DNA of 64,000 bases from an uncultured Verrucomicrobiae bacterium (GCA_963815455.1 CAWFGO010000001.1:1504001-1568000); one strand, 5' to 3'; counted from the first letter of the stretch, positions 47,346 through 56,531 are shown. A program made the numbers and translations. The notes: generated by a model not told the origin, from the letters alone.

Positions 47346-47405
47346 CTACACGCCTGACCCGAAGGTCTTGTCGTAGTCGTTTCCGCAGTGTTCGCACTTC
47401 GCCAT
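47346..47405 (-). pseudogene. Truncated remnant of a small Cys-rich metal-binding protein
   Basis: MAKCEHCGNDYDKTF, then a stop after 19 codons. Confidence 0.5.
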
Positions 47406-47456
47406 GGGTTTATGTCTGATCAGGGGTTCGTAGACATGTGAAAATTGTGCCAATCA

Positions 47457-47870
47457 TCAAATCGGTTGAAGCGAGCGAAAATGCTCCGGTAATCTGGCGA
47501 CCGGAGTTTTTACAAGATCGGAGTGGACGTGCTCAACGATCCGCTCCCGGATTTCCAGTGGTAAAAGATCGACAATTTCGGCGTAAATCGATTCCGGCGC
47601 GGCCAGCGACCATCCTTCCCCAGCGTCTCGTAGAACGATTTTTGTGATTTCGTCGGCTAGTTGCTTGCAGATTCGATCTCCTTCTTCGATCTCGAGCTGC
47701 GGCCAATCGGTGACGGCGGTGGTGTGGTGCGTCCTCGACGGGACATTAACATTCGGGATGTCGAACGCCTGTACCAGCTTTAGGCTGGTTCCGCGTGTCG
47801 GCGTTTCACCTACCCGATACGCTTTCAAGCCGCCACGGTCGGCGATAATAATGAGCGAGCTCGCCGTCAT
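47457..47870 (-). CDS. Host attachment family protein
   Basis: LIIIADRG.LKAY, WSLAAP, DLVK pattern. Confidence 0.7.
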   Translation of the reverse strand: MTASSLIIIADRGGLKAYRVGETPTRGTSLKLVQAFDIPNVNVPSRTHHTTAVTDWPQLEIEEGDRICKQLADEITKIVLRDAGEGWSLAAPESIYAEIVDLLPLEIRERIVEHVHSDLVKTPVARLPEHFRSLQPI

Positions 47871-48325
47871 ACGTAATCAGAAAGATCGGCTGTTTCGCTC
47901 TCGGCCCAGATCTCGCGCAGACGCGGCGGGAAAATGGCTCGCAGCTTTTCAAGCTCACCCGGCGAGATGTTTCTCGCCAACACCTGCAGCACGGCTTGCG
48001 TCAAGCGCATGGGATTAACGTTGCGATCCGTGGCAAAATGCTCGCGCACAGCATCGTAAAAATCCTGAGCCGTCTTAATTTTGACAGGAGTGTGCGCCGG
48101 CTTCCAGCAATCATAATAAAACCCGCGCACCAGCATTGGCAGCTGTGCGCCCAAATGAGCCGCTTCCGGCACCGGTAAACGGTCCCGCAATGCGTGCAGG
48201 ACCGCCCGCAAACCATGGTAGGCCTTGTGATAATCATCCCAATGCAACAAATCGCTGAGCTCTTTCACCCACAGATTCGTTTTTTGCAGCGTCGTGTCGA
48301 AAACTTCCGGTTGATGTGTTGTCAT
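47867..48325 (-). CDS. DUF2267 family protein
   Basis: FDTTLQKTNLW, LRAVLHALRDRL, HLGAQLPMLVRG.YY; GGAGG RBS. Confidence 0.9.
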   Translation of the reverse strand: MTTHQPEVFDTTLQKTNLWVKELSDLLHWDDYHKAYHGLRAVLHALRDRLPVPEAAHLGAQLPMLVRGFYYDCWKPAHTPVKIKTAQDFYDAVREHFATDRNVNPMRLTQAVLQVLARNISPGELEKLRAIFPPRLREIWAESETADLSDYV

Positions 48326-48408
48326 TTCTTGTCCTCCAATCATTTGTAGCCATCCAAGTTGAGCATTCGTGCGGTGCGGCCTTTCCTTAAACGCAACCGC
48401 AGATGCCT

Positions 48409-48906
48409 TTACGCGGCGACCATTTGTGCCTCCGGCTTCTGAAACGGTTTCGCCAGCGGCAGACTCGGGTGAGCGCAAATGCTTCTCAGCGTCATCTCCA
48501 CGTCCTCGGCCGACAACTCCGCCCTGACTCCACCCTCCGCTTTCAGCGCGATGTCGTTTAGCGATAAAATGCCGGCCAGCTTCCCGTCCTCGGCATTAAT
48601 GATCGGCAACCGTCGCACCCGTTTTTCTCTCATGATCTTAAGCGCTTCGTGAACTTCTGTGTCAGGCGAGCAGCTATACACCTTTCCCGATGTCACTTCC
48701 TTGACCCGGATAGTCGCCGGATCGAGATGCCTGGTTGCCGTGGCCATGCAAATGTCACGGTCGGTTATCATGCCGACGACCTTTTCGCCGGCGACGACTG
48801 GCAATGCGCCAAAATCGCCTCTCCACATCTGCATCGCCGCCTCGGCCAGGTTGGTTTCAGGCCAGCAGCTCTGCACAACTTGAGTCATTACATCTTGTAC
48901 TTTCAT
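48409..48906 (-). CDS. CBS domain pair protein (Hrp1/Rv2626c-like)
   Basis: MKVQDVMT, GALPVV, GMITDRDI, VRRLPII, GILSLNDI. Confidence 0.93.
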   Translation of the reverse strand: MKVQDVMTQVVQSCWPETNLAEAAMQMWRGDFGALPVVAGEKVVGMITDRDICMATATRHLDPATIRVKEVTSGKVYSCSPDTEVHEALKIMREKRVRRLPIINAEDGKLAGILSLNDIALKAEGGVRAELSAEDVEMTLRSICAHPSLPLAKPFQKPEAQMVAA

Positions 48907-48966
48907 ATTGGTTTGTCCTTCTTATGAGAAAACAACAGTGCGCCGCGGCAATGCGCTGCCCAAATC

Positions 48967-48990
48967 TTGCGAAGAAGTACGCGGTTCTTG
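48967..48990 (-). promoter_or_regulatory. Candidate regulon motif
   Basis: TTGCGAAGAAGTACGCGGTTCTTG on +, 61 nt from the CBS start. Confidence 0.6.
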
Positions 48991-49140
48991 TCAAATTATC
49001 CGCACCGCGGAAAATCATCGCGCGCCTTCCAAGTGAAGCACGTCCCGGCAGGAATAAGTTCACATTTCGCCCGCAATCGAGGCGCGCAATCGAGACGCGA
49101 TCCACGCGGCACTGCCGTCACGCCCGCCAATTCTGGCGCG

Positions 49141-49164
49141 CAAAATCTGAACAGGTTCTCGCAA
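49141..49164 (+). promoter_or_regulatory. Candidate regulon motif
   Basis: CAAAATCTGAACAGGTTCTCGCAA, 68 nt from the start at 49232. Confidence 0.45.
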
Positions 49165-49231
49165 ATGCCGATAAGCCGATGAGCCGGCTGCGGTTCAAAG
49201 TAAAACACTTGAAGAGAAAGGAATAAGAAAC

Positions 49232-49642
49232 ATGAACAAAAATCCTCTGAACAAGGGTGTCTTAACTGAGAACGCGAGCGGCATCGGAACGGTGACTCCA
49301 GAGATGGTGCAAGCGCGTGCGTGTGAACTAGCCATTATTGCGGGTCGTGTTCCTCCGGAACCGTCTGAGTTCGATTATGAGCAGGCCGAACGTGAGCTGA
49401 CGGGCGAATCGGATATGGATGTTGAAGAGGAGGTTCTTGAATCGATACCCGAATCGGAACGCTGGGATCCGGTGCCAGGTTCGACTGGACGCCACACACC
49501 GGAATCATTTGGCGAAGACGAGGATAGCGAAGGGCGGAGCGAGAGTGCGCAGCTTGTCGAGGAAGGAATAAAAGAAGCGGAACACGACCAAATGCTCCAG
49601 GCAGCCCGCGCAGCCCAGGAAAGGGACCAACGCGAACTGTGA
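49232..49642 (+). CDS. Acidic hypothetical protein with a DUF2934-like segment
   Basis: AAAGGA RBS; VQARACELA..AGR.....DYEQAEREL. Confidence 0.7.
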   Translation: MNKNPLNKGVLTENASGIGTVTPEMVQARACELAIIAGRVPPEPSEFDYEQAERELTGESDMDVEEEVLESIPESERWDPVPGSTGRHTPESFGEDEDSEGRSESAQLVEEGIKEAEHDQMLQAARAAQERDQREL

Positions 49643-50519
49643 GTCTTACCCTGAATTGAGTTAGGCGCTGGTTTCGGCAGTCACTCTGGTGAGCGCATGT
49701 GCGACCGGGATTGGACCCGGGGGAGGTTTAACCGCCGCAGAAAAGATGATGTGATCCACCTACGCAATTGCCACTACCAAAGGCATGGCCACGTGCGTGG
49801 TGGTGAACCGAAAGGACCCATTCGCTCCACATGGCATCGCTCCTGTGATCATAACGTCCGCGCATTTTCTCTCGACCTCTCCGAACGGTCCGTTCTATCT
49901 TGTCATGAGGGAGCCGAGAACAGCAGCCAGTCCACGGATTGGGATTTTGGAATTTCGCTCGCTCAATTCTAAAGACCGCCCTTTTTTCAAGCATCCCCCG
50001 GCACGACATTGCCGCGCTTGAACTCGAGATTACGCCGGAATTTGCGAACGACATCTTGTTGACCTCTTTCATTGACGAGTGGGAAATTGGGCGACGGGGT
50101 GACCAACCACATGCGGGGGATGAAGTCTCAGTTCTCGGCTTCCCACACGTGCTTCCCGGGTACTGAGGGCGGGTTCGCAGTCCTGCGAGCGGGCAGGATC
50201 GCATCGGTACTCCGCTAGGCCAGGCAAGCGACTGCGAAAAGTTCCTGGTGAATACCAATGTCTACGGCGGCGAAGCGGGGGACCCATGTTCGCTGGTCGC
50301 CGCTGGGGCAGACCGGCGCTGGTCGGCATGATTAGTGAACGAATCGGAAAGAAAGAGGGCGGAGTGCCCCTGGCGGTGGCGGTCAACGCCACCGTGATCG
50401 CTGAGACTTTGCAGATGCAAGCCGCGCAAAACGCCCCTATCTTGACCGGCGTTCCAAGCCCTCCCTCGAACGCAACCGGGATACCTCCCGGAACACGGTT
50501 CAACTCGTTGGTCCCGTGA
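49639..50519 (+). pseudogene. Degraded trypsin-like serine protease (lipoprotein)
   Basis: Lipobox LVSAC, TSAH, HDIAAL, LGFP and a disrupted GxSGGP spread over several frames, with in-frame stops. Confidence 0.7.
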
Positions 50520-50651
50520 GATATTTCGAAGCGGTCGTTAAGGCGAAGAAAGCCCTCCGGGTCTCCGATTTTACCAAAGCCAGAAGAACCAGGTTGCTGA
50601 ACCTGGCGCTTAGTGACTGTTGAGTAAATGCGCCGGGTCGCCCTGAAGCCC

Positions 50652-50675
50652 CAAGATCCGATGAGACTCTGACAA
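50652..50675 (+). promoter_or_regulatory. Candidate regulon motif
   Basis: CAAGATCCGATGAGACTCTGACAA, 65 nt from the Hsp20 start. Confidence 0.5.
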
Positions 50676-50739
50676 TAGACGGTTAGCCCAGAATACTCGT
50701 TGCCCCCCTCTTATAGGTAGAAGGAAAGGAAAACAAACT

Positions 50740-51192
50740 ATGAGTACACTAACAATATGGAATCCATTCAAGGAGCTCGACGAAGTTCAAAATCGTGTCA
50801 GTACATTTCTGGGCGGTTTTCCCAGCCGATTCCCAACGAATGGTGACGCTCTGAAACTAAATACCTGGGCGCCCGATGTGGATATCATCGAAGACGACAA
50901 GGAGTACCTGGTTAAGGCGGATCTGCCGGAAATGAAAAAGGAGGACGTCAAAGTGGCCGTCGAAAACGACGTTCTCACCATCTCCGGGGAGCGCAAGACC
51001 GAGAAGGAAGAGAAGAGAAAGAAATACCACCGCATTGAGCGTTCGTATGGCAGCTTCGAGCGGACGTTCACCATGCCGGAGGATGCGGACGCGACAAAGA
51101 TCGTCGCGGACTTCAAAGATGGCGTGCTGCGCGTTCATTTGCCAAAAAGCGCGGCAGCGAAACCAAAACCGATCGAAGTAAAAGTGCAATAA
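50740..51192 (+). CDS. Hsp20/alpha-crystallin family small heat shock protein
   Basis: WAPDVDI, ADLPEM, ISGERK, ERSYGSFER.F, FKDGVL. Confidence 0.96.
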   Translation: MSTLTIWNPFKELDEVQNRVSTFLGGFPSRFPTNGDALKLNTWAPDVDIIEDDKEYLVKADLPEMKKEDVKVAVENDVLTISGERKTEKEEKRKKYHRIERSYGSFERTFTMPEDADATKIVADFKDGVLRVHLPKSAAAKPKPIEVKVQ

Positions 51193-51207
51193 ACAGAAAA
51201 ACCAAAG

Positions 51208-51234
51208 GGCGGCGTGCACGGGTTGCACGCCGCC
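51208..51234. terminator. GC-rich hairpin after Hsp20
   Basis: GGCGGCGTGCA-cgggt-TGCACGCCGCC perfect 11-bp stem flanked by AT-rich sequence. Confidence 0.6.
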
Positions 51235-51279
51235 GATCATTATAAATAGAAATTGGCTCGGCACGCTCGTCGGGATGAC

Positions 51280-51790
51280 CCATTCCGGGAATTGGCTGCT
51301 CATGATTTTTCCAATGAGCGAATTCTCTTCGGACCGCTCGATACGTTTTAGAGCGCGATTCCGGATACGATGGCACAAACGGTACTGGCTGACGCGCGTG
51401 GCGCACTACCTGTTCTGCCACGCTTTCGATCAGCAGATGCTTCAAAGCCGATTCGCCCATGTGTCGCCATGATTAATAAGATCGACATCGCGCTCCTCCC
51501 CCAGTGCTGCAATGTCCGAAACAGGCAGCCCAATGCTGGAGACGGTTTCACATTTAATTTTTCGAGATTTTGCCACCCCAGCGCACTTCTCCATGTGACG
51601 CCTGGCATCTTTGAGACCGACCTCTGCCAATGTGGAAAGATCATACACGCCGTAGGCATCGGCGGTGAAGGTGTAGCCAAAGTCCATCGCGTGAAATACC
51701 ACTAGCTTGGCCGCGACTTTCTCGGCAAATCCGATGGCATATTCCAACGCCTGCAACGACGATTTGGAAAAGTCGACCGACACGAGGATG
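51280..51790 (-). pseudogene. Frameshifted remnant of a USP C-terminal domain
   Basis: VDFSKSSLQALEYAIGFA...DFGYTFTADAYG closely matches the 38690-39703 USP; THGR and LKHLLI fall in shifted frames; no N-terminal domain. Confidence 0.8.
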
Positions 51791-51846
51791 TACTAATTGC
51801 TTGGTAAACATCGACTCTTTCTTGGTGGGCCATATCGAGAGCCTGG

Positions 51847-51870
51847 CAAGAAATGGCGAGCCAATCACAA
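51847..51870 (+). promoter_or_regulatory. Candidate regulon motif
   Basis: CAAGAAATGGCGAGCCAATCACAA, 43 nt from the GTG at 51913; TAATGT hexamer 6 nt before the start. Confidence 0.55.
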
Positions 51871-51912
51871 ACGATGGAAGGAACTGAGGTCCAGGCGTGG
51901 TAATGTCTTGTT

Positions 51913-54114
51913 GTGACTAAGGCAGGAACATGGTCGCACGTTGCTCGCGTAATCGAAGAACATCCCGACGTCAAACAGGTCCGGCTCGATGCGGAGGGAC
52001 ATCGGGTGACAGTCGGATTTTACGAGGCGCCTTCCCCGGAAATCCTGGAGCGGATTGAAATGGCGGTGCGCCGGGAACTATCGGGAGAATGGGACGTTTC
52101 GCTCGTTCCTGCCGACGAATGGCCGGCGCTGCATTTGCACAAGATCGACAGTCACACCGCTGAGATTCATCGGACTCATCCGCCGAATGAGCCACCGGTA
52201 ATATGGAAACGGATTCTGCTGCCGGCATGGCGCAACCGGCCGTTTCCGCGGGCGGTTGCGCGCGATCATCGTGTTATGCTTGCCCTCGCCGGCATCTGCG
52301 GCATCAGCGCGCTCAGCGGTTTTCTTCTTGAGCGGATGGCGTTCGGCGTCGTCCCGATATCGATATGCTTTATCGTCGCTTATCTCAGCGGCGGCTGGTT
52401 TGCCACGCAGGATGTCTGGGCCGGGCTCAAGCGCGGGAAGATCGACATCCAGTTTCTGATGATCGCGGTCGCGTTCGGGGCGCTCTTTGTTCGGGCGTGG
52501 ACCGAAGGCGCCACATTGCTGTTTTTGTTTTCGCTCAGTAACGCGCTCGAGCAATTCGCCAATCATCGCACCCGCAAAACGATTGAGTCGTTGTTGAAGA
52601 CGGCGCCGAAATTTGCCCTGCGGCGGGATGGCAGCGATTGGGTTGAGGTTCCGATCGAGCGAGTTCACCGTGGAGACGAGTTGCTGGTAAAACCAGGAGA
52701 GCTGTTCCCGGTAGATGGCGTCCTGATCGAAGGCGCGACGTCGGCCGATGAATCGGCGTTGACCGGTGAAGCGATCCCGGTGATGAAGCAAATCGGGGAC
52801 GCCGTAAGCGGCGGCACACTCAGTATTGATGGCCAATCCGTCGTGCGCGCGACGCGTGAGCTGGAAGAGAGCGCGCTCAGCCGCATTCTGACGCTGATCG
52901 AACTCGCGCAACAACAAAAAGCGCCGGCCCAGCGCTTCACCGATACATTCAGCCGCTATTACACATGGGTCGCGCTTTCATTAGGGGTGGCCGTCTTCGT
53001 GATTCTTTTGCTGGTGCATCGTTCTTTCGACGACGCGCTCTATCGGGCCATGACCGTGTTGGTGGTGGCGTCACCTTGCGCGCTCGTCCTATCGATTCCG
53101 TCCGCGATTCTCGTTGCCATTGCCGCCGGGGCACGACGCGGAATTCTGTTTCGCGGTGGCGTGGCGGTTGAAAATCTTGCCGGCGTAACGGTATTCGCCT
53201 TCGACAAGACCGGGACGCTAACTAAAGGCACCCTCATGGTGTCGCGCATCGCTCCTTTTGGCTCGCAAACAGAAGAAGCGGTCCTCTCAACAGCAGCGAG
53301 CGTTTCCAATTTTTCTACGCATCCGCTTGCCCGCGCGATTGTGATCGAGGCGCAGAACCGAAAATCATCGTTTCCGGACGCTCGAGATTTTCTAAATGTT
53401 CCGGGTTTAGGCATGGAGGCATCGATTGACGGAAAGAGAACTTTCGTCGGCAGCAGGCGCTTCATGCACGATCGCGGGATTTCGTTGCCCGATGTCGCAA
53501 CGACGAGCGCGGCCGAGGTTTGGGTGGGGAGTGATCAAATAATCGGCGTGATTTACCTGCGCGACGAGATCCGGCCGGCAGCGAGAAGCGTTGTCGATTT
53601 CTTAAAGAAGGCCGGCATGTCGGTGACGTTGCTCACGGGAGATCGCGCCGCACCGGCAGCGACCGTGGCGGAACAGGTTGGGATCGATGACGTGCGCGCG
53701 GAGTTAAGTCCGCAGGCAAAGCTGCAATCCATTCACGATCTGCGCGCTGCCGGGAAGAAAGTGGCGATGGTCGGCGACGGCATCAACGACGCGCCCAGTC
53801 TCACCGCGGCGGACGTTTCGATCGGCATGGGTGCGCGCGGTTCCGATGCTGCCTTGGAACAGGCCGATATCGTACTGATGCACGATAAGATTGAGAACGT
53901 GAAAGAAGCGGTTCAGTTAAGCACACGGGCGCGCGCAATTATTCGTCAGAACATCGTGTTGTCCCTCGGCGTCATTCTTGTTCTCATCACTTCGGCGCTA
54001 TTGGAAAAGATCAACCTCACCGTGGGTGTGATCGGCCATGAAGGCAGCACCGTAGTCGTCATTCTAAACGGTCTGCGATTGCTGCGATCCCGATGGAATG
54101 GCTCGGAGCACTGA
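51913..54114 (+). CDS. Heavy-metal P-type ATPase, P1B-4 subtype
   Basis: ASPCAL (SPC), DKTGT, THPLA, GDGINDAP, HEGST. Confidence 0.94.
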   Translation: MTKAGTWSHVARVIEEHPDVKQVRLDAEGHRVTVGFYEAPSPEILERIEMAVRRELSGEWDVSLVPADEWPALHLHKIDSHTAEIHRTHPPNEPPVIWKRILLPAWRNRPFPRAVARDHRVMLALAGICGISALSGFLLERMAFGVVPISICFIVAYLSGGWFATQDVWAGLKRGKIDIQFLMIAVAFGALFVRAWTEGATLLFLFSLSNALEQFANHRTRKTIESLLKTAPKFALRRDGSDWVEVPIERVHRGDELLVKPGELFPVDGVLIEGATSADESALTGEAIPVMKQIGDAVSGGTLSIDGQSVVRATRELEESALSRILTLIELAQQQKAPAQRFTDTFSRYYTWVALSLGVAVFVILLLVHRSFDDALYRAMTVLVVASPCALVLSIPSAILVAIAAGARRGILFRGGVAVENLAGVTVFAFDKTGTLTKGTLMVSRIAPFGSQTEEAVLSTAASVSNFSTHPLARAIVIEAQNRKSSFPDARDFLNVPGLGMEASIDGKRTFVGSRRFMHDRGISLPDVATTSAAEVWVGSDQIIGVIYLRDEIRPAARSVVDFLKKAGMSVTLLTGDRAAPAATVAEQVGIDDVRAELSPQAKLQSIHDLRAAGKKVAMVGDGINDAPSLTAADVSIGMGARGSDAALEQADIVLMHDKIENVKEAVQLSTRARAIIRQNIVLSLGVILVLITSALLEKINLTVGVIGHEGSTVVVILNGLRLLRSRWNGSEH

Positions 54115-54189
54115 TGGTGAAGAGCGCCTCCGTTTGGCCAGTCGCTCCGCAGGATACCGCTGATGTGCTCTTGAATCCCGCCCGACTCA

Positions 54190-54279
54190 TTATCTTCTAA
54201 CCACAGGCTTCTTTGCTACATAAAGCAGGATCAAACCGAGCACTCCAGCGTATCCGAGGTAGGCTAGAATTACTTCCAT
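54190..54279 (-). CDS. Putative 29-aa single-TM small protein (absent from the ORF track)
   Basis: MEVILAYLGYAGVLGLILLYVAKKPVVRR*; motif copy 44 nt upstream. Confidence 0.55.
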   Translation of the reverse strand: MEVILAYLGYAGVLGLILLYVAKKPVVRR

Positions 54280-54322
54280 GGAGCTATTCAGCGCCATTGA
54301 TGCGAAGCTGGCTTGGCGAATC

Positions 54323-54346
54323 TTGCGAAGAACTGCGCAATTCTTG
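54323..54346 (-). promoter_or_regulatory. Candidate regulon motif
   Basis: TTGCGAAGAACTGCGCAATTCTTG on +; near-copy of 48967-48990. Confidence 0.6.
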
Positions 54347-54411
54347 GCCGTCAGCCGCGTGAAACTAAGCCTTGTTGTCGATTCTGGCGCGCCCTGCGCG
54401 GATTTGAGAAT

Positions 54412-55206
54412 TTAGCCCGGACGCCTCGAGGCAAGGTTAACGAGATCTTCGCAATTCGATTTTATCTCGCGAATCGTCTTTTCCGGCATGGGCCCTTTCT
54501 CTCGCAGAATGAGACCATGAATCTTTCGCATTCCTTTCAACATCCTGGCCACGGCCGGCCGGTTCCGAATGTCGCGCCGCATTTCGTTCAGTTGCTTTTC
54601 CAGGTAATCGATCACCGCTGGTTGCCGAATCATCTCGGCCCGTTCCGGCGAATAATTTTGGAGCACCAGTGCACATAGCGCCTCGGTCCCGCGTAACCAT
54701 CCGGCCAGACTCACCAGTTGGGAGAGCGACTCGCTCCGGAGATCAATCATTCCTTTCTCCAGATCGGAAAGAACCCCGTTCCACTCCCGGCGGGCCGACT
54801 TCCATCGTTCTTGCTCTGCGTATTCCATGATGCTTCGACTCCGCCGCAGGGCCGTTCTCCCAACTCCCAGGCCCCGGGCTAGGGCCAGGACCGCGTGACC
54901 TATCTCTTTTACTTCGGCTGAATCTTTTCCCTCCATGGCAATGAAACCCTCGGCCACGACTACGCCCAGCAGGAGGGCGATCTGGACCTGATCGCCGCGA
55001 GCCTTCCAGCGGATGATTTCCGGGCGCTGGACCAGCCGCCAATTTGCGCCGTCGAATTTATCCAGCAACTGGAAGACTTCCTCCGGCACCGGCACTAGGA
55101 TGCCTTCCACTGGTTTGGCCTGGCTGGGAAGCTCCGTTTCGGGAGGCGTCTGGGCCAGGACGGGCAGGGCGAGCAAAATGAAAAGGAGAATGACTCGAAG
55201 AAACAC
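54412..55206 (-). CDS. Hypothetical exported helical protein (paralogue of 43408-44205)
   Basis: Signal peptide ending VLA; long blocks identical to the paralogue. Confidence 0.8.
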   Translation of the reverse strand: MFLRVILLFILLALPVLAQTPPETELPSQAKPVEGILVPVPEEVFQLLDKFDGANWRLVQRPEIIRWKARGDQVQIALLLGVVVAEGFIAMEGKDSAEVKEIGHAVLALARGLGVGRTALRRSRSIMEYAEQERWKSARREWNGVLSDLEKGMIDLRSESLSQLVSLAGWLRGTEALCALVLQNYSPERAEMIRQPAVIDYLEKQLNEMRRDIRNRPAVARMLKGMRKIHGLILREKGPMPEKTIREIKSNCEDLVNLASRRPG

Positions 55207-55239
55207 AATCGTTGAATGGGCTGTAAGTGTTCTTCTCTT

Positions 55240-56010
55240 TTACTGGGCAGTGTAGCCGCCGTCGATCACCAACTCGCTGCCCGTGACAAATTTCGATTCG
55301 TCGGACGCGAGATACAAAATGCCATAAGCGATGTCGTCGGGCTCGCCCATGTGGCCGATGGGATGGAGGCTGTCGAGATGCCGGCGAAAGGTATCGATTC
55401 CATCGGGCGATTGCCGGGCCAGATCCTCGACCAACGGGGTCCAAATATAGCCCGGGTGAACGGAATTCACCCGGATTCGTTCCCTGGCATACAGCAGCGC
55501 ATCCGTCTTGGTCATCAATCGGACTGCGCCTTTGGAAGCGTGATATGGCGGAATGTCGGGCGCGCTGATCAGGCCATAAATCGAGGAAATATTAATGACA
55601 CTACCGCCACCAGCTTCGCGCAGGAATGGGATTGCGTGTTTGGTGCAAAAGAAAACGCCTTTCACATTTACCGCTTGTACCTTGTCCCATTCCTCCTCGG
55701 TCAGCTCGTCGGTTGGTTTATTCGCGCCGGCAATTCCGGCGTTGTTCACCACGATGTCGATCTTGCCGAAGCGTTCTCTCACATCGGCGAAAACCGTTTT
55801 CACTTCCTTCTCAATCGCAACATCCAAATGCCAATAGGCCGCTTCGCCGCCGTTCTTTTTGATTTCCTTCGCCAGATTTCCCCCCTCGGCATCGTGCAGA
55901 TCGGTTAACGCGATTTTAGCGCCTTCCCTGGCCAACAGGACCGCGGTAGCGCGTCCGATCCCCAGGGCCGCCCCGGTTACGATTGCTACTTTTCCTTTTA
56001 CTCGATTCAT
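55240..56010 (-). CDS. Short-chain dehydrogenase/reductase
   Basis: TGAALGIG, NNAG, YHASK, VNSVHPG, DGGY. Confidence 0.95.
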   Translation of the reverse strand: MNRVKGKVAIVTGAALGIGRATAVLLAREGAKIALTDLHDAEGGNLAKEIKKNGGEAAYWHLDVAIEKEVKTVFADVRERFGKIDIVVNNAGIAGANKPTDELTEEEWDKVQAVNVKGVFFCTKHAIPFLREAGGGSVINISSIYGLISAPDIPPYHASKGAVRLMTKTDALLYARERIRVNSVHPGYIWTPLVEDLARQSPDGIDTFRRHLDSLHPIGHMGEPDDIAYGILYLASDESKFVTGSELVIDGGYTAQ

Positions 56011-56023
56011 AATGGCATCCTGA

Positions 56024-56052
56024 CGCCGGGCCTCGAAAAGCGACGCCCGGCG
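56024..56052. other. GC-rich hairpin between the Hsp20 and SDR genes
   Basis: CGCCGGGCCTCG-aaaag-CGACGCCCGGCG with one mismatch; no clear U-tract. Confidence 0.4.
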
Positions 56053-56068
56053 ATCAGTCGATCAATTC

Positions 56069-56531
56069 TTATTGAACCTTCACCTGCATTGGCTGCGGTT
56101 TCGCTTTCGGGTTCTTCGGCAGGTGTACCCGCAACACGCCCTCCTTGAACTCCGCCGCGATCTTCGTCGCGTCGGCATCTTCGGGGAGGGTGAACGTGCG
56201 CAGGAACGCGCCATAGGATCGTTCGATCCGATGGAATTTTCTTTTCTTCCTTATCGCTCTTGCGCTCGCCGGAAATGGAAAGGACACCGTCTTCGACGGT
56301 TACTTTCACTTCCTCCTTCTTCATCTCCGGCAGGTCGGTCGTGACCAGGTACTCCTTGTCGTCTTCGGAGATGTCCACCTCCGGCGACCAGTTAGGCAGA
56401 GTCATTCCGCCATTGCCGTTTATTGGCGAGAATCTCCCGAAAAGCTCCGGGGATTTGCCAAAGAAACTGCTCAACCGGTTCTGAACTTCGTCGAGTTCTC
56501 GAAACGGGCTCCAGATTTCCAATGTTTTCAT
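56069..56531 (-). pseudogene. Frameshifted Hsp20 (paralogue of 50740-51192)
   Basis: N-part up to SDKEEKK and C-part FHRIERSYG...MQVKVQ are in different frames; the break is in the A-rich tract at ~56236-56250. Confidence 0.8.

Noticed and set aside
47340..47440. Possible structured ncRNA or riboswitch (GTCTAC/GTAGAC and CCTGA/TCAGG pairing)
   Set aside because: The stems are short, match no family I recognise, and the region is better explained as a decayed small gene
47438..47453. Sigma-54-like TGGCAC on the minus strand
   Set aside because: The -12 TTGC element is absent at the required spacing
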